Assembly: GCA_009908425.1 (NCBI GenBank)
Contig: JAAAPF010000310.1
Coordinates: 502-64,501, forward strand
Length of the DNA stretch: 64,000 nucleotides
Direction: 5' to 3'
Origin: Alphaproteobacteria bacterium
GTDB taxonomy: Bacteria > Pseudomonadota > Alphaproteobacteria > Geminicoccales > Geminicoccaceae
Part shown: positions 1 to 11,182 of the stretch, piece after piece
Position numbering within the stretch: position 1 is the first letter of the stretch
Layout of the letters: each line of letters begins with the position of its first letter
The notes under the pieces: generated by a model
What the model saw: only the letters and a program-made list of their open reading frames with translations
Databases searched by the model: none
Told to the model about the DNA's origin: nothing
Translations under genes and position numbers: made by a program

Positions 1-410
1 ATCCATTCGAGCGCGGCGAGCTCGCCCGCGACCCGCTCGATCTCGTCGTGGAGTGTGCCGAGATGCTCTCGCGGCTGGGCGCAGCGATCCCCGCCGAGGG
101 CCGGAACCGCGACGGCGAGGCCGAGGCTCTGCAGGTACGCGACATGGTCGGCGGGGGCCGCCGGGCTGGCGCATTCCGGCACGTACACCGCCGCTTTCAC
201 CGGCGCGCCACCCGGCGTCGGGGCGGTGGCCGCCTCGGGCAGGGGGAACGGCCCGCGCTCCGGGGTGAACAGCTGCCCCTCGCGGCGCGGCGGCTCGTCC
301 GGAACCAGGTCGCCGATCGTCGGCCGGTCGCTCTGCGCGGCGGCGGCAGTCACCGCCAGCACGGCGGCGAGGACGCCGACCCCGGCGAGCCCGCCGCGGC
401 CCCACCTCAC
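1..410 (-). CDS. Hypothetical exported protein, N-terminal part only (gene runs off the window start)
   Basis: Not on the ORF track because there is no stop in the window. GTG at 410..408 overlaps the trxA stop (GTGA). Translation [36 protein letters not shown]... has a signal-peptide-like N-terminus. Third codon positions are almost all G/C in this frame. Confidence 0.45.
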   Translation of the reverse strand, partial: MRWGRGGLAGVGVLAAVLAVTAAAAQSDRPTIGDLVPDEPPRREGQLFTPERGPFPLPEAATAPTPGGAPVKAAVYVPECASPAAPADHVAYLQSLGLAVAVPALGGDRCAQPREHLGTLHDEIERVAGELAALEW

Positions 411-727
411 AGGTTCGCGTCGACCCACTCGACCAGCCGGCTCTTCGGCAGCGCGCCGACCTTCTGGTCGACCAGCGCGCCGTTCTTGAACATCATCAGC
501 GTCGGGATGCCGCGCACGCCGTACTTGGTGGGCGTGTTCGGGTTCTCGTCGATGTTGACCTTCACCACGTCGATCTGGCCGTCGTACTCGCTCGCGATTT
601 CCTCCAGAGCGGGCGCGATCTGCCGGCACGGCCCGCACCACTCGGCCCAGAAATCGACGAGCTGGGGGCGCTCGGCCCGGAGCACCTCGGTCTCGAAGGC
701 CTGATCCGACGTCTTCTTGAGGGCCAT
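407..727 (-). CDS. trxA: Thioredoxin
   Basis: [16 protein letters not shown]...[15 protein letters not shown]... contains the WCGPC active site. It is 106 aa long. AAGGAAGG Shine-Dalgarno sequence lies just upstream of the ATG at 727. The track ORF start at 766 is an upstream extension. Confidence 0.93.
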   Translation of the reverse strand: MALKKTSDQAFETEVLRAERPQLVDFWAEWCGPCRQIAPALEEIASEYDGQIDVVKVNIDENPNTPTKYGVRGIPTLMMFKNGALVDQKVGALPKSRLVEWVDANL

Positions 728-800
728 GATCCTTCCTTTCATGACGGGGGCGCCGCGCCCCTGCACGTAAGCGCCACCTAAGGCGCGCGACCCCGCCCGG

Positions 801-3800
801 TCAATCGACGCCGCCGTCGCCGTCGCCGGCAGCCGCCGGAGCCGGCGCGCCGAGGGGCTGCACCGCGCCGGTCTCCGTCCACACCAGCCGCGGCCGAACC
901 GCGCAGTCGGCGAAGAGCGGCCGCAGCAGCCGGGCGTAGGCCGCGAGCTGGCGGGCGTAGGGCTCCGGCATCGGCGCCCCCGGCGCCGGCGGGCGCCCGG
1001 TCTTGAAGTCGGCGAGCCACAGCTCGCCCCCCACCACCGCCATCCGGTCCACCGTGCCGACGATGCGCTCGCCGTCCACCTCGCCCACCACCGGCTGCTC
1101 GGCCCAGGCTTCGGGGCCGAACAGCGGGGCGAGTTGCGGGTGAGCGAGCGTCGTCAGCACCTGGCGGCGCACGCGCGCCCTGAGCGCCTCGTCGAGGTCG
1201 GCACTGCGCGCCAGCGCCTGGTCCAAGACCCGCTCGCGCGCACTCGCCGCGATCGGCGGCAAGCGCTCCAACAAGCGGTGGACCTGGGTACCGACCACGA
1301 GCGCCGCGCGCCGTTCCGCCGTACCGGACCCGCTCGCCGGGGTGACCGCGTCCGACGGCCGAAGGAGCCGCGGCCGTCGCACCGGCGGTGCGGGCCGGGC
1401 GAGGCACGCCGGCGGCGGGTCCCCGGGCCCGGCGGGGCGTGAGGTCTCCGCCGCGGGGGCGGCGACACCGCGGGCGTAGACACGGCGTCCCGCTTCGGTG
1501 GTCGCGGCCTCCAGCCGACCGAGCGCGGCGTCCAGCCGGGCGTGCCAGGACGAGTGGCCGGCGGTCCGCCTGGTCTCGGCGCCGGCGACGATCAGCCATT
1601 GCGACGCCCGGGTCGCGGCGACGTAGAGCAGCCGCAGGTCGTCCGCCGCCTCGCCGTGCCGCTCGCGCGCGCGGGCCGCGAGCGAGAGCGGTGTCGCCTC
1701 GGCCGCGGCGGGCCGCCACAGCGGCAGCGCCGGATCGTGGCTCCAGAGCAGACGGTCCGGGCGCGGCGGGTTGCGCGGTCCGGCGTCGGCGAGGATGACG
1801 ACCGGCGCCTCCAGCCCCTTGGCGCCGTGGACGGTCAGCACCCGCACGCCGTCGCCGCCGGCGGCGGCCTCGCGCTTGAGATCCTCTTCACCGCGAGCGA
1901 GCCAGTCCAGAAAGCCCTGCAGGGTCGCGGCGTGGCCCTGCTCGTAAGCCAGCGCCTGGTCGACGAAGGCGTCCAGCGGTTCCGCCGCCTCCGCACCGAA
2001 GCGCCGCAGGAAGGCGGGGCGGGCGGCGAAGGCGCGATCGGGGTCGTCGCCGACCGCGCCACCCAGCACGCGCAGATAGAACTCGTAGACCGGGACGAAG
2101 TCGGCGAGGCGCTGCCAGCGCCGATAGCGCCGCCAGAGCTGCGCCAACTCGCCGTCGCTCTGCGCGGCCTCGCGCCAGGCCTGGTGCAGGCTCTGGCCGG
2201 GCGCGCGGTGGTGGGCGAGGCGGAAGAGCCGGTCCTCGCCGAGGCCGAACAGCGGGCTCTTGAGCGCGCAGGCGAGCGCGAAGTCGTTCTCGGGCAGCAG
2301 CACCGCCTCGCCCAGCGCCATCAGGTCCTGCACGGCGAGATGGCTGGTGAGCGCGATGCGGTCGGCGCCGACCACGGGCACGTCGTTCTGCTTGAAGGCC
2401 CGGATCAAGGGCTCGAGCAGCGGATCGCGCTTGCGCAACAGCACCATGACGTCGCCGGCGCGCAGCGGGCGGCCGCCGCCGGGGAGCGGCGTGCCGGCGT
2501 CGAGGTGGCGGCGCAACTCGAGGGCGATGCGCCGGGCGAGGCGACGGTCGCTCTTGTCCTCGACGTCGCCCCGGGGCGGCACCCCGAAGGGATCGCGCGC
2601 CTCGGCGGTCTCCGGCGCCGGCTCCAGTGGCCACAGCTCGACACGGCCGCCCTTGGTGGTCGCGAAGGCGTGGTGGAGCGGTGCGTCACCCACCAGCGCT
2701 TTCACCTCCTCCTCGGCGAGTACGGCGTCGACGACGTCGAGCACGGCCTGGCTGGAGCGAAAGGAGCGGGTGAGCGCCACCGCCTCGAACGGCAGGCCGG
2801 CCGCGCGTGCCCGTCGCTCCAGCCTCGCGCGCACCGCGGCGGTGGCTTCGGGATCGGCGCCCTGAAAGCGGTAGATCGACTGCTTGGCGTCGCCGACGAC
2901 GAACAGCGTGCGGCCGCCAGCGGGCCGCGTGCCCGCGCCCGCGAACACCTCGTCGGCCAGGAGCTCGACGATGGCCCATTGCAGGCTGTTGGTGTCCTGG
3001 GCCTCGTCGACGAGGATGTGGGTGTAGGCCTGATCGAGCTTGAAGCGGACCCAGTCGCCGGCGCCGGGCGACGCCAACAGCGCCCGCGCCTTCAACAGCA
3101 GGTCGTCGAAGTCGAGCACCGCGGCCTGCGCCTTCAGGTGCTCGAAGGCGTCGAGCACGCGGTCGGCGGTGCGCAGAAGCGCGGCGGTGCGGCGGTAGGT
3201 CCGTTGCGCGCGCTCGCGCGCCGCCAGGCGGTCCAGCCGCTCCACTTCCGCCACGATCGCCGCCGCCGTGCCCGGGTCCTCGCGCGCGAGCTTCTCGGTC
3301 ACGAGCTTGCCGTTGGGCCGCCAGCCCGGCGGTTCGCGTTTCTCGTCGAAGGTGGCGAGCGCGCCGCGGTAGCGCGGCAACAGGGCCTCGCGCGCGCTCG
3401 GATCGGCGTCGAGCCAAGCGCGGATCGCGCTCGCCGCCTCGACGCGGGTCTTGGACCCGCCGGCGGCGAGACTGTCGGCGGCGGCGCGCAGCGCCTCCCG
3501 GTCGAGGCCCTGCTCGGCGCAGCCGGCGGCGAGGACGTCGGCCGCGTCGTCGCCGGCGTCGACGTCGAGGGCGGCGGCGAGCGTCGCCAACACCGCGTCG
3601 AGCCCACCCAGGCCGTCACGGGCCTCGACCCAGCGCCGGCGCTCGGCCACGAGCGCGTCGACCGCGGCGAGCAGCGTGGCGTCGGCGGCGTGCGCGGCGA
3701 GGAGCGCCAGATCGTCCGCCAGGTCGCCGTCCTCCGCCGCGCCGGCGAGCACGCGCTCGCGCGCCTGGTCGAGAAGCTCGCCGCGGGTACGGTCGTCGAT

Positions 3801-4235
3801 GACCTCGAAGCTCGCCGGCACCCCGGCTTCGAGAGGGAACCGGCGCAGCAGCTGCTGGGCCAGGCTGTGCACCGTCATGATGGCGAGGCCGTTCGCCAGC
3901 GCCAGCACCGCGTCGTGCAGCCCACGCGCCCGCTCGCGCAGGCGGTCGTCGGCGGGCCGGGCCTTGAGCGCTTCAAGCTCGGCGTCGAGGGCGTCGTCGT
4001 CCATCGTCGCCCACTGCGCCAGCTTCTCGACGACGCGGCCGGCCATCTCGCCCGCCGCCGCCTTGGTGAAGGTGAGGCACAGGATCGAGGCCGGCGGCGC
4101 GCCGGCGAGCAGCAGGCGCAGCACGCGGTCGGTCAGCACCCGGGTCTTGCCGGTGCCGGCGTTGGCGTCGACCCAGACCGAGCGCGTCGGATCGGCGGCG
4201 CGGCGCTGCTCCGGCGTGGGCTCGCGCACGCTCAT
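801..4235 (-). CDS. addA: Double-strand break repair helicase AddA (UvrD/Rep family with C-terminal nuclease)
   Basis: Real start is [34 protein letters not shown] (Walker A). UvrD helicase motifs run throughout. C-terminal PD-(D/E)XK-like motif is LADFKTG. ATG at 4235 overlaps the addB stop (ATGA). The 2023-aa track ORF is a run-on of this frame through addB. Confidence 0.9.
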   Translation of the reverse strand: MSVREPTPEQRRAADPTRSVWVDANAGTGKTRVLTDRVLRLLLAGAPPASILCLTFTKAAAGEMAGRVVEKLAQWATMDDDALDAELEALKARPADDRLRERARGLHDAVLALANGLAIMTVHSLAQQLLRRFPLEAGVPASFEVIDDRTRGELLDQARERVLAGAAEDGDLADDLALLAAHAADATLLAAVDALVAERRRWVEARDGLGGLDAVLATLAAALDVDAGDDAADVLAAGCAEQGLDREALRAAADSLAAGGSKTRVEAASAIRAWLDADPSAREALLPRYRGALATFDEKREPPGWRPNGKLVTEKLAREDPGTAAAIVAEVERLDRLAARERAQRTYRRTAALLRTADRVLDAFEHLKAQAAVLDFDDLLLKARALLASPGAGDWVRFKLDQAYTHILVDEAQDTNSLQWAIVELLADEVFAGAGTRPAGGRTLFVVGDAKQSIYRFQGADPEATAAVRARLERRARAAGLPFEAVALTRSFRSSQAVLDVVDAVLAEEEVKALVGDAPLHHAFATTKGGRVELWPLEPAPETAEARDPFGVPPRGDVEDKSDRRLARRIALELRRHLDAGTPLPGGGRPLRAGDVMVLLRKRDPLLEPLIRAFKQNDVPVVGADRIALTSHLAVQDLMALGEAVLLPENDFALACALKSPLFGLGEDRLFRLAHHRAPGQSLHQAWREAAQSDGELAQLWRRYRRWQRLADFVPVYEFYLRVLGGAVGDDPDRAFAARPAFLRRFGAEAAEPLDAFVDQALAYEQGHAATLQGFLDWLARGEEDLKREAAAGGDGVRVLTVHGAKGLEAPVVILADAGPRNPPRPDRLLWSHDPALPLWRPAAAEATPLSLAARARERHGEAADDLRLLYVAATRASQWLIVAGAETRRTAGHSSWHARLDAALGRLEAATTEAGRRVYARGVAAPAAETSRPAGPGDPPPACLARPAPPVRRPRLLRPSDAVTPASGSGTAERRAALVVGTQVHRLLERLPPIAASARERVLDQALARSADLDEALRARVRRQVLTTLAHPQLAPLFGPEAWAEQPVVGEVDGERIVGTVDRMAVVGGELWLADFKTGRPPAPGAPMPEPYARQLAAYARLLRPLFADCAVRPRLVWTETGAVQPLGAPAPAAAGDGDGGVD

Positions 4236-7111
4236 CCCGCCTCGCCGTCGAGCCATTCCTGATCCCGCGCGAGCGGTGCGATCGGGTCGGGATGGGCACT
4301 CGCGCGCGGCCGCGGCAGCGGTAGGTAGGGGACGTCGCCGGCGGCGTAGGCTCCCAGCAGCCGGCGCACCCCGTCGAGGGTGCGGCCAACGACCTCGGCC
4401 GGGTCGTCCAGGGCGAGCGGCTCCACCCCCGGGGGCTCGCCGCCCTTGAGCTCGAGATAGGCCAGCCGGCTCACCATCGCGGCACCCTCGACGCCGAGCC
4501 CGCCCCCTTCCACCAGCGCGGCCAGGAGCGGCAGCTGCGGGCGCAGGCCGTCGGTCACCTCCTTCTTGCGGGGCGCGGTGCCGGTCTTGTAGTCGACGAT
4601 CGCGCAGGAGCCGTCGCGCCGGCGATCGAGGCGGTCGATGCGGCCGCGCAGCTCGATCTCGCCGTCGCCCACGGCCACGCGCAGCTTCGCCCTCGCCTCG
4701 GCCACGACCCGCTCGACCTCGCCGCGGCGCGCGCTCTCGGTCTCGACGAACCATTTGGCGACCCGCACGAAGCGCGGCCACCACAGCGCCACCGTGGCGT
4801 CGCCCAGCCGCTCGCGGTCGAACACCTCGGCGCCGAGGGCCACGAGCGCCGCCTCGGCGGCCTCGGGCAGGACGTCCGGATAGGTCCGGACGAAGCGCTC
4901 CAGCGCCCGATGCACCAAGAGCCCGCGCTCGCGGGCGTCGACGCCGCCGTGGGCCGGCTCCAGCGGCTCGAGCCGCAGCACGCGGCCGGCGTAGAGCGCG
5001 TAGGGATTGTGGATCAGCGTTTCGACGTCCGAGACCGACAGCCGGCGCGGCCGCGCCGTTGCGGGCGGCGCCGGCTTGGGACGCGCGATCGGGCGCAGCG
5101 GGCCTGCGGGCCGGTCGAAGGCGAGCGCCCAGTCCAGCGCCGGCGACCGCGCGATCTCCCGGGCGGGCCGGGCGCGGGCGAGGACGCGGCGCCAGCGCTC
5201 CAGCAGGCGTGACGCCACGGTCGGCGCGCCGGCGGCGTCGCGGCGGCTGCGGGTCAACAGCAACCGCGGCGCGCTCGCTGCCAGCTGGACGAAGTCGTGG
5301 GCGGCGAAGCCCAGGTGCTGCTCCGGCGGCGGCAGGCCCAACGCCTCGCGGTGGCGCCGCGCGAGCCACGGGCCCGGGTCCGGCGCCGGCGGCCAGACGC
5401 CCTCGTTCAAGCCCGCCAGCACGACGAGGTCGGCCGACGCCGACCGCGCCTCGAAGCGGCCCAGGATTTCGATCTGCGGGTGGCCCGCCTCGACCCGCCG
5501 CACCGGCGAGGCCGCCATCGCCGACGCCAGCATCGGCGCGAAAGCGGCCGCGGCCACCGGCGTCCCGCCCTCCCCGGCGGCGGCGAGCTCGTCGAGAAAG
5601 GCGGCGAGCGCATGGCCGGTGGTGCCGGCCCAGAGCTCGCGGTCGTCGCCGCCGTCGTCGCGGGCGAGCGCGTCGACGGCCGCGCGATGGGCCGCCAGGA
5701 GGTCGACGAAGGCGACCCCGTCCGCTTCGCGCGCGGCGCGGAGACCGGCGGTGGCGCCGGCGACGCCGTCGAACCACTCGGCCACCTCCACGCCCGCGTC
5801 GCGCGCCGCGGCTTGCAACCGCTTCCAGCCGGGCGGGCTCTCGACGCCCTGGCGCAGCCGCCGTTCCAGCGCCCGGGCGAGCCGGCGGCATTCCGCGCCG
5901 TCGCGACCGGCGCGGGCGAGCGGGTGCTTGAGCATGGCGAGGCACGGCACGACCGGGTCGGGGTCGAGGCCGGCGTGCGCCACCAGGAGGGCGAAGGTGC
6001 CGGGTGCGGTCTGATCGAGCGGCTGGCCGGCGCTGTCCTCCACCGCCAGCTCGAAGCGCTGGAGCTCGGCGGCGATGCGGCGGGCGAGCTGACGGTCGGG
6101 GGCGACCACCAGCGCCCGCGCGTCGGTCTCCAACAGCTCGCGCAACCGGAGCGCCACCGCGAGCGCCTCGCTCGCCACGTCCGGGGCCTCGACCATTTCG
6201 ACCCCGTCGAGGGCGCGGTCGAGGTCGACGGCGGGCGGGGTCAGCGCCGCCGGCGTGGTCATCGCGCCCAAGAGCCGGCGGCGGTGGTCGTCGGCGGCGA
6301 GGCCTTCGGGCCAGCTCGCAACCGCGTCGAGCGTGAGGCCCAGGCGTTCGAGCAGCCGGGCGAAGCCCCACTGCGGATGCGCCGGCCCCGCGACCTCGGC
6401 GAGCGCAGGCGCCGGGGCGGGGTCGACGCCGGGCAGGACCACGCGGCCCTCGGGCAAGGCGGCGACGGTCGCCATCAGCGTGGCGACGGCGGGCACCGAG
6501 CCGGTCACGCCGGCGACGACGACCGGACCCGGATCCTGCTCCCGCCAGCGCGTGGCCACCTCCTTCAGGAGACGCCCTCGGCGCGCCACCCGGCCGATGC
6601 CGCCGGCCTCGCGCTCGATGGCGCCCCAGGTGCCGGCGAGCACGTCGAGGAACCGCGCGATGCGCTGCCAGTGCTCCGGGGCGTCGCCGGCCTGCAGGCC
6701 TTCGAGCGCGGTTAGCGGCACGTCCTCCTGGTCGAGCTCGTCGACGAGTTCGCGCAGGGCGTCGGCGAGGCGAAAGGCCTGCTCGTCCGGCAGCTCGGCC
6801 TGCACGCGGCGGACCAGCTCGAAGAGGAGAAAGCGCCGCTTCAGATCGCCCAGCGCCGGCGGCACGTCCCACTCGGCGGCGGCATCCAGGAGGCCCAGCT
6901 CATCGGCGGCGTCGCCCACCGGGATCAGGCGCGGCGGCAAGAGGGGGGCGTCGGCGTCGAGAAACGCCTCCTGCATGACCAGACAGGCCCGCCGGCTCGG
7001 CAGCACCAGCCGCAGCCGGGCGAGCCCGCGCCGGCCGTGCTCCGCCAGCAGCCCGCGGGCGAGCGTCGCGGCGAACGGCGCTTCGGCGGGGATGGAGACG
7101 ACGCCGGCCAT
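4232..7111 (-). CDS. addB: Double-strand break repair protein AddB (alphaproteobacterial type)
   Basis: MAGVVSIPAEAPFAATLARGLL... matches the typical AddB N-terminus. C-terminal nuclease motif is IVDYKTG. It sits directly upstream of addA and is coupled to it. Start chosen at ATG 7111; an alternative ATG at 7165 is possible. Confidence 0.85.
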   Translation of the reverse strand: MAGVVSIPAEAPFAATLARGLLAEHGRRGLARLRLVLPSRRACLVMQEAFLDADAPLLPPRLIPVGDAADELGLLDAAAEWDVPPALGDLKRRFLLFELVRRVQAELPDEQAFRLADALRELVDELDQEDVPLTALEGLQAGDAPEHWQRIARFLDVLAGTWGAIEREAGGIGRVARRGRLLKEVATRWREQDPGPVVVAGVTGSVPAVATLMATVAALPEGRVVLPGVDPAPAPALAEVAGPAHPQWGFARLLERLGLTLDAVASWPEGLAADDHRRRLLGAMTTPAALTPPAVDLDRALDGVEMVEAPDVASEALAVALRLRELLETDARALVVAPDRQLARRIAAELQRFELAVEDSAGQPLDQTAPGTFALLVAHAGLDPDPVVPCLAMLKHPLARAGRDGAECRRLARALERRLRQGVESPPGWKRLQAAARDAGVEVAEWFDGVAGATAGLRAAREADGVAFVDLLAAHRAAVDALARDDGGDDRELWAGTTGHALAAFLDELAAAGEGGTPVAAAAFAPMLASAMAASPVRRVEAGHPQIEILGRFEARSASADLVVLAGLNEGVWPPAPDPGPWLARRHREALGLPPPEQHLGFAAHDFVQLAASAPRLLLTRSRRDAAGAPTVASRLLERWRRVLARARPAREIARSPALDWALAFDRPAGPLRPIARPKPAPPATARPRRLSVSDVETLIHNPYALYAGRVLRLEPLEPAHGGVDARERGLLVHRALERFVRTYPDVLPEAAEAALVALGAEVFDRERLGDATVALWWPRFVRVAKWFVETESARRGEVERVVAEARAKLRVAVGDGEIELRGRIDRLDRRRDGSCAIVDYKTGTAPRKKEVTDGLRPQLPLLAALVEGGGLGVEGAAMVSRLAYLELKGGEPPGVEPLALDDPAEVVGRTLDGVRRLLGAYAAGDVPYLPLPRPRASAHPDPIAPLARDQEWLDGEAG

Positions 7112-7201
7112 GGCGGGTTTATGCGAGCCCAGCCGGCGCGGCGAAAGGGGTGGCGCCGGCGGCACCGCCCCGGCGTACGACGCCGGTGGACCGCCCGTCG
7201 C

Positions 7202-7864
7202 TCAGACCGGCGCCGCCTCGAAGCAGGCGGCGAGAAAGCGCCCGGCGCGGTCGATGCCCTCGGGGTCGATGCCGTGGCCGAGCCCGCGACGGATCTCCCA
7301 CTGCACCGAGAAGCTGAGCCCCTCGAAGGCCTCGCGCGCCGCCGGCAGCGCCTGCACCGGCACGACCTCGTCGAGATCGCCGTGCATCAACAACAACGGC
7401 GGCTTGGTGCGCAGCTCGTCGCCCAAGAGCTCGGCGCCGATGAGGGCGCCCGAGCAGCCGACGACGCCGGCGAGCGCCGGCTGGTAGCGGGGGGCGACGT
7501 GCAGCGCGGTCATCGTCCCCTGCGAGAAGCCGAACAGCGCGCAACGCTCGGCGGCGAGGCCGCGCTTGTCGCGCTCGGCGTCCAGCAGTGCGCTGACGTC
7601 GGGGGCGGCCCGCTGCACGCCCTCGAGCAGCGCGTCGTGGCGGCGGTCCGTCAGGCTGAACCACTGCCGGCCCATCGGCGCCATGTCGCAGGGCTCGGGC
7701 GCGTGCGGTGAAAGGAAGGCGGTGTTCGGCAGATGGCGCTTGAGCATCGGCGCCAGGCCGATGAGGTCGTGGCCGTCGGCGCCGACGCCGTGCAGGAAGA
7801 TCACGAGCGACGTCGCGGAACCACCCGCGGCGGGTTCGACGACGGGTCCTTCGAGCGGGCGCAT
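7202..7864 (-). CDS. Phospholipase/carboxylesterase-family alpha/beta hydrolase
   Basis: LVIFLHGVGADGHDL..., FGFSQGTMTAL (GxSxG nucleophile elbow) and LLMHGDLDEVVP are present. Start taken at ATG 7864 (MRPLEGP...). Confidence 0.8.
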   Translation of the reverse strand: MRPLEGPVVEPAAGGSATSLVIFLHGVGADGHDLIGLAPMLKRHLPNTAFLSPHAPEPCDMAPMGRQWFSLTDRRHDALLEGVQRAAPDVSALLDAERDKRGLAAERCALFGFSQGTMTALHVAPRYQPALAGVVGCSGALIGAELLGDELRTKPPLLLMHGDLDEVVPVQALPAAREAFEGLSFSVQWEIRRGLGHGIDPEGIDRAGRFLAACFEAAPV

Positions 7865-7979
7865 GGCGGTCTCCCTCGCGGAGGTTGCACGGGGGCGGCG
7901 CGATGAAACCTTGTGCCGCCGCCGCCGGCCGTTCAAGAAAGGGGCGTGTAGCACCCCTGCGGCATCTTGCGGAGAGCCC

Positions 7980-8891
7980 ATGCTGCGCGGCGAAGACGTG
8001 GTGCCCCTGCCCGACGCCGGCGAGCCGCCGTTCGTCACCCGGTTCGCGCCCAGTCCCTCCGGCCTGTTGCACCTCGGTCACGCCTACTCGGCGCTGTTCG
8101 CCCAGCAGACCGCCCAGGCCTGCGGCGGGCGTTTTCTGTTGCGCATCGAGGACATCGACCACACCCGCTGCCGCGCCGAGTTCGAGCAGGCGATGCTGGA
8201 CGACCTGCGCTGGCTGGGGCTGCGCTGGGAGGCGCCGGCGGCGCGGCAGTCCACCCGTGGTGACGCCCATCAGGGCGCGCTCGCGCGGCTCAAGCGCGCG
8301 GCGTTGGTCTATCCCTGCTTTTGTACCCGCCAGCAGATCCGCACGGAGATCCAGCAGTCGGCGAGCGCCCCGCACGGGCCCTCGGGCGAGCCGGTCTATC
8401 CGGGAACCTGCCGCGGGCTCGACGCGGGCGAGGCCGACCGCCGCATCGCCCGCGGCCAGCCCCACGCCTGGCGCCTCGACGTGACGCGCGCGCTGGAGCG
8501 CACCGGGCCGCTCTTCTGGCACGACGTCCGCGGCGGTTGGCAGGCCTGCCGCGCCGCCGACTTCGGCGACGTCGTGCTCGCCCGCAAGGACATCCCCACC
8601 AGCTATCACCTGGCGGTGACCGTCGACGACGCCGCGCAGGGGGTGACGCTGGTGACGCGCGGCGAGGACCTGTTCCAAGCCACCCATGTCCACCGCCTGC
8701 TGCAGGCGCTGTTGGACCTGCCGACCCCACACTACTACCACCACAACCTGGTCGCCGGCGCCGACGGCCAGCGGCTCGCCAAGCGCAACCGCTCGGCCTC
8801 GCTCAGGTATTTCCGCGAGCGCGGCGAGACGCCCGAGAGCGTGTTCGAAAAGCTCGGGCTGACGCCGCAACGCGCCACCGCCGCGGGCTGA
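7980..8891 (+). CDS. gluQ: Glutamyl-Q tRNA(Asp) synthetase
   Basis: FVTRFAPSPSGLLHLGHAYSALF (HIGH-type motif) followed by RIEDIDHTRC. It is a truncated GluRS-like protein of 303 aa. ATG at 7980 lies within the longer track ORF. Confidence 0.85.
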   Translation: MLRGEDVVPLPDAGEPPFVTRFAPSPSGLLHLGHAYSALFAQQTAQACGGRFLLRIEDIDHTRCRAEFEQAMLDDLRWLGLRWEAPAARQSTRGDAHQGALARLKRAALVYPCFCTRQQIRTEIQQSASAPHGPSGEPVYPGTCRGLDAGEADRRIARGQPHAWRLDVTRALERTGPLFWHDVRGGWQACRAADFGDVVLARKDIPTSYHLAVTVDDAAQGVTLVTRGEDLFQATHVHRLLQALLDLPTPHYYHHNLVAGADGQRLAKRNRSASLRYFRERGETPESVFEKLGLTPQRATAAG

Positions 8892-8918
8892 GCCTCGGCG
8901 AGGCCGGAGCACGCGGGC

Positions 8919-9872
8919 TCAGGCCTCCGGCACCCCCGGCCGCTTCAGCGCCTCGGTGATCCAGAGCGCGGTGTCGAGCGCGCGCAGGCCGGCCTCGCCC
9001 GAGACGGTGACGGGGCTCGCGCCCGAGATCGCCTTCAAGAAGCTCTCGATTTCGAGCGCGAGGGCGTCGTTGGGCTCGAACTGGCGCTCCTCGACCCCGA
9101 TGCCCGGCAGCATCGGCAACGGCTTGCCGATGCCGCGGCGCGCGATCGTCGCCTCGCGGGTCTGGAAGTCGATGGCGATGTAGGCGTCGTGCTGGAAGAG
9201 GCGCATGCGGCGCTGCGGGGTCATGCTGACCCGGCTGGCGGTGACGTTGACGGTGCAGCCGCCCTCGAAGCGCAGCCGGGCGTTGGCGATGTCGTCCTGA
9301 TCGGTGAGCACCGGCACCCCCACGGCATCGACGCTCACCAGCGGCCGGCCGACGAACTCCTGGATCAGATCGATGTCGTGGATCATCAGGTCCAAGACGA
9401 TCGAGACGTCGGTGCCGCGGCCCGCCACGAAGCCGCCGAGGCGGTGGCTCTCCACGAACAGCGGCGCCCGGATGACGTCGCCGAGCGCCAGGATGGCGGC
9501 GTTGAACCGCTCGAGATGCCCGACCTGCAGGATGCGGCCGCGGGCCTCGGCGAGCTCGACAAGGCCGCGGCCCTGCTCGCGGGTGGCGGCGAGCGGCTTC
9601 TCGATCAGGACGTGCTTGCCGGCTTCCAAGAGCGCGCGGGCGACGCCGTGATGGGCGTGGGTGGGCACCGCGACGCTGGCGGCGTCGATGCGGTCGATGA
9701 CGTCGTCGAGCCGGGCGGTGGCGAAACTGCCGACCTCCTGGGCCACCCGCGCCGCGGCGGCCGGGTTGGAATCGACGCAGGCGACGAGCTCGACACCGGT
9801 CGCCGCGGCGTATTTCTGGGCGTGGTATCGGCCGAAATGCCCGCAGCCCACCACCGCCACCCGCACCGTCAT
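8919..9872 (-). CDS. Gfo/Idh/MocA-family NAD(P)-dependent oxidoreductase
   Basis: N-terminal Rossmann motif MTVRVAVVGCGHFGRYHAQKY and EKPLA motif (LIEKPLAAT). 317 aa. Confidence 0.8.
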   Translation of the reverse strand: MTVRVAVVGCGHFGRYHAQKYAAATGVELVACVDSNPAAAARVAQEVGSFATARLDDVIDRIDAASVAVPTHAHHGVARALLEAGKHVLIEKPLAATREQGRGLVELAEARGRILQVGHLERFNAAILALGDVIRAPLFVESHRLGGFVAGRGTDVSIVLDLMIHDIDLIQEFVGRPLVSVDAVGVPVLTDQDDIANARLRFEGGCTVNVTASRVSMTPQRRMRLFQHDAYIAIDFQTREATIARRGIGKPLPMLPGIGVEERQFEPNDALALEIESFLKAISGASPVTVSGEAGLRALDTALWITEALKRPGVPEA

Positions 9873-9903
9873 CCCGTCGTTCTCCCGGACCGCGGCGTTC
9901 GGC

Positions 9904-10935
9904 TCACCCGCCCCATACCCGCTCCAGGAGCGCGAGCCAGTTACGGTGCGCCAGCTTTTCCACCAGCGCCTCGCCGTAGCCGGCGTCCAACAGCGCGCGC
10001 GCCAGCGTCGGCAGGCCGTCGGCGCCGCCCACGGCCGTTGGGATCGTCGCCCCGTCGAAGTCGGAGCCGAGAGCGACCCGATCCTCGCCGACCCGCTCGA
10101 TCAGATGATCGAACATCGCGACGACCGCCTGGAGCGGGGTGTCCGGATCGCGTTTGCAGTCGCGGCGCAGATCCGGCACCGACAGGTTCAAGCCGACCAG
10201 ACCGTCGCGTTCCTTCAGGCAGTCGAGCTGGCGGTCGGTGAGGTTGCGCGCCGAGGACACGCGGGCGTGGGCGTTGGCGTGGCTGGCGACGAACGGGCGC
10301 TCGGCCACGGCGGCCACGTCCCAGAACCCCCGCTCGTTGAGATGGGCGGTGTCGACCAGCACGCGCTTGCCCTCGAGGGCGCGCACCAGCCGCCGCCCGG
10401 CGTCGGTGAGGCCGGGGCCGGTGTCGGGCGAGGCGAAATACTTGAAGGGCACGCCGTGGCCGAAGACGTTGGAGCGGCTCCACAACGGCCCGACCGAGCG
10501 CAGCCCGGCGGCGACCAGGGCGTCGAGTTCCTCCAGGTCGGGGCCGATCGCCTCGGCCCCCTCGATGTGCCAGACGCAGGCGATCCGGTCCTCGGCCATC
10601 GCGCGGCGGATGTCGGCGACGCTCGTGCACATGGCGAGCGCGCCGTCGGAGGCGGCGACGAGACGCCACAACCGGCCGGCCTGGCCGAGGGTCACGGCCA
10701 GCGCCGTGGCACGCTCGACTTCGCCGGTGGCGAACGCGCTCGCCGAGCCGGTCCTATCCGCCGCCGGCGAGGGCACGAAGCTCGCGAACAGGCCGCCTTT
10801 GAACCCGCCGGCGCGGCAGCGGGCGAGATCGAGGTGACCGTTGCCGTCGCCTTCCAAGAAGACCCGTCCAGAGCCGTCGTCGCGACGCCAGAGCTTCAAA
10901 AGCAGATCGTTGTGGCCGTCGAACCACGCCAGCAT
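9904..10935 (-). CDS. Membrane (renal-type) dipeptidase, peptidase family M19
   Basis: MLAWFDGHNDLLLKLW... (HND metal-binding start), VDTAHLNERGFWD and ALGSDFDG are M19 signatures. Confidence 0.85.
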   Translation of the reverse strand: MLAWFDGHNDLLLKLWRRDDGSGRVFLEGDGNGHLDLARCRAGGFKGGLFASFVPSPAADRTGSASAFATGEVERATALAVTLGQAGRLWRLVAASDGALAMCTSVADIRRAMAEDRIACVWHIEGAEAIGPDLEELDALVAAGLRSVGPLWSRSNVFGHGVPFKYFASPDTGPGLTDAGRRLVRALEGKRVLVDTAHLNERGFWDVAAVAERPFVASHANAHARVSSARNLTDRQLDCLKERDGLVGLNLSVPDLRRDCKRDPDTPLQAVVAMFDHLIERVGEDRVALGSDFDGATIPTAVGGADGLPTLARALLDAGYGEALVEKLAHRNWLALLERVWGG

Positions 10936-11182
10936 GAACGCGTCCTCGAAAGCGAGACGACGCCGACCGAGTCGGCACCATGAGCGAGCGGTTTGCCTGC
11001 CACAGCCGGCGGCGGGGCGCCAGTGCGCCCGGCCGGTGGCGCGCGGTGGTTCGGCCCGGGCCAGCGGCGTGATGCCGCAGGCGTCCGTCGCTGCTGCGGT
11101 GCAGCATGCGCGTTATATGCTCTTTTACGAAACTCGACGAAGTTCGTCCCGCCACTCTCCGTTCGTGACGAGGTCGACCTCC

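Noticed and set aside
4236-6872. N-terminal ~880 codons of the 2023-aa minus-strand ORF (801..6872)
   Set aside because: This part is Arg/Ala/Gly/Pro low-complexity run-on of the addA frame through addB. Recognisable AddA sequence (Walker A) begins only at ATG 4235, which overlaps the addB stop. AddB occupies this DNA in another frame with real motifs.
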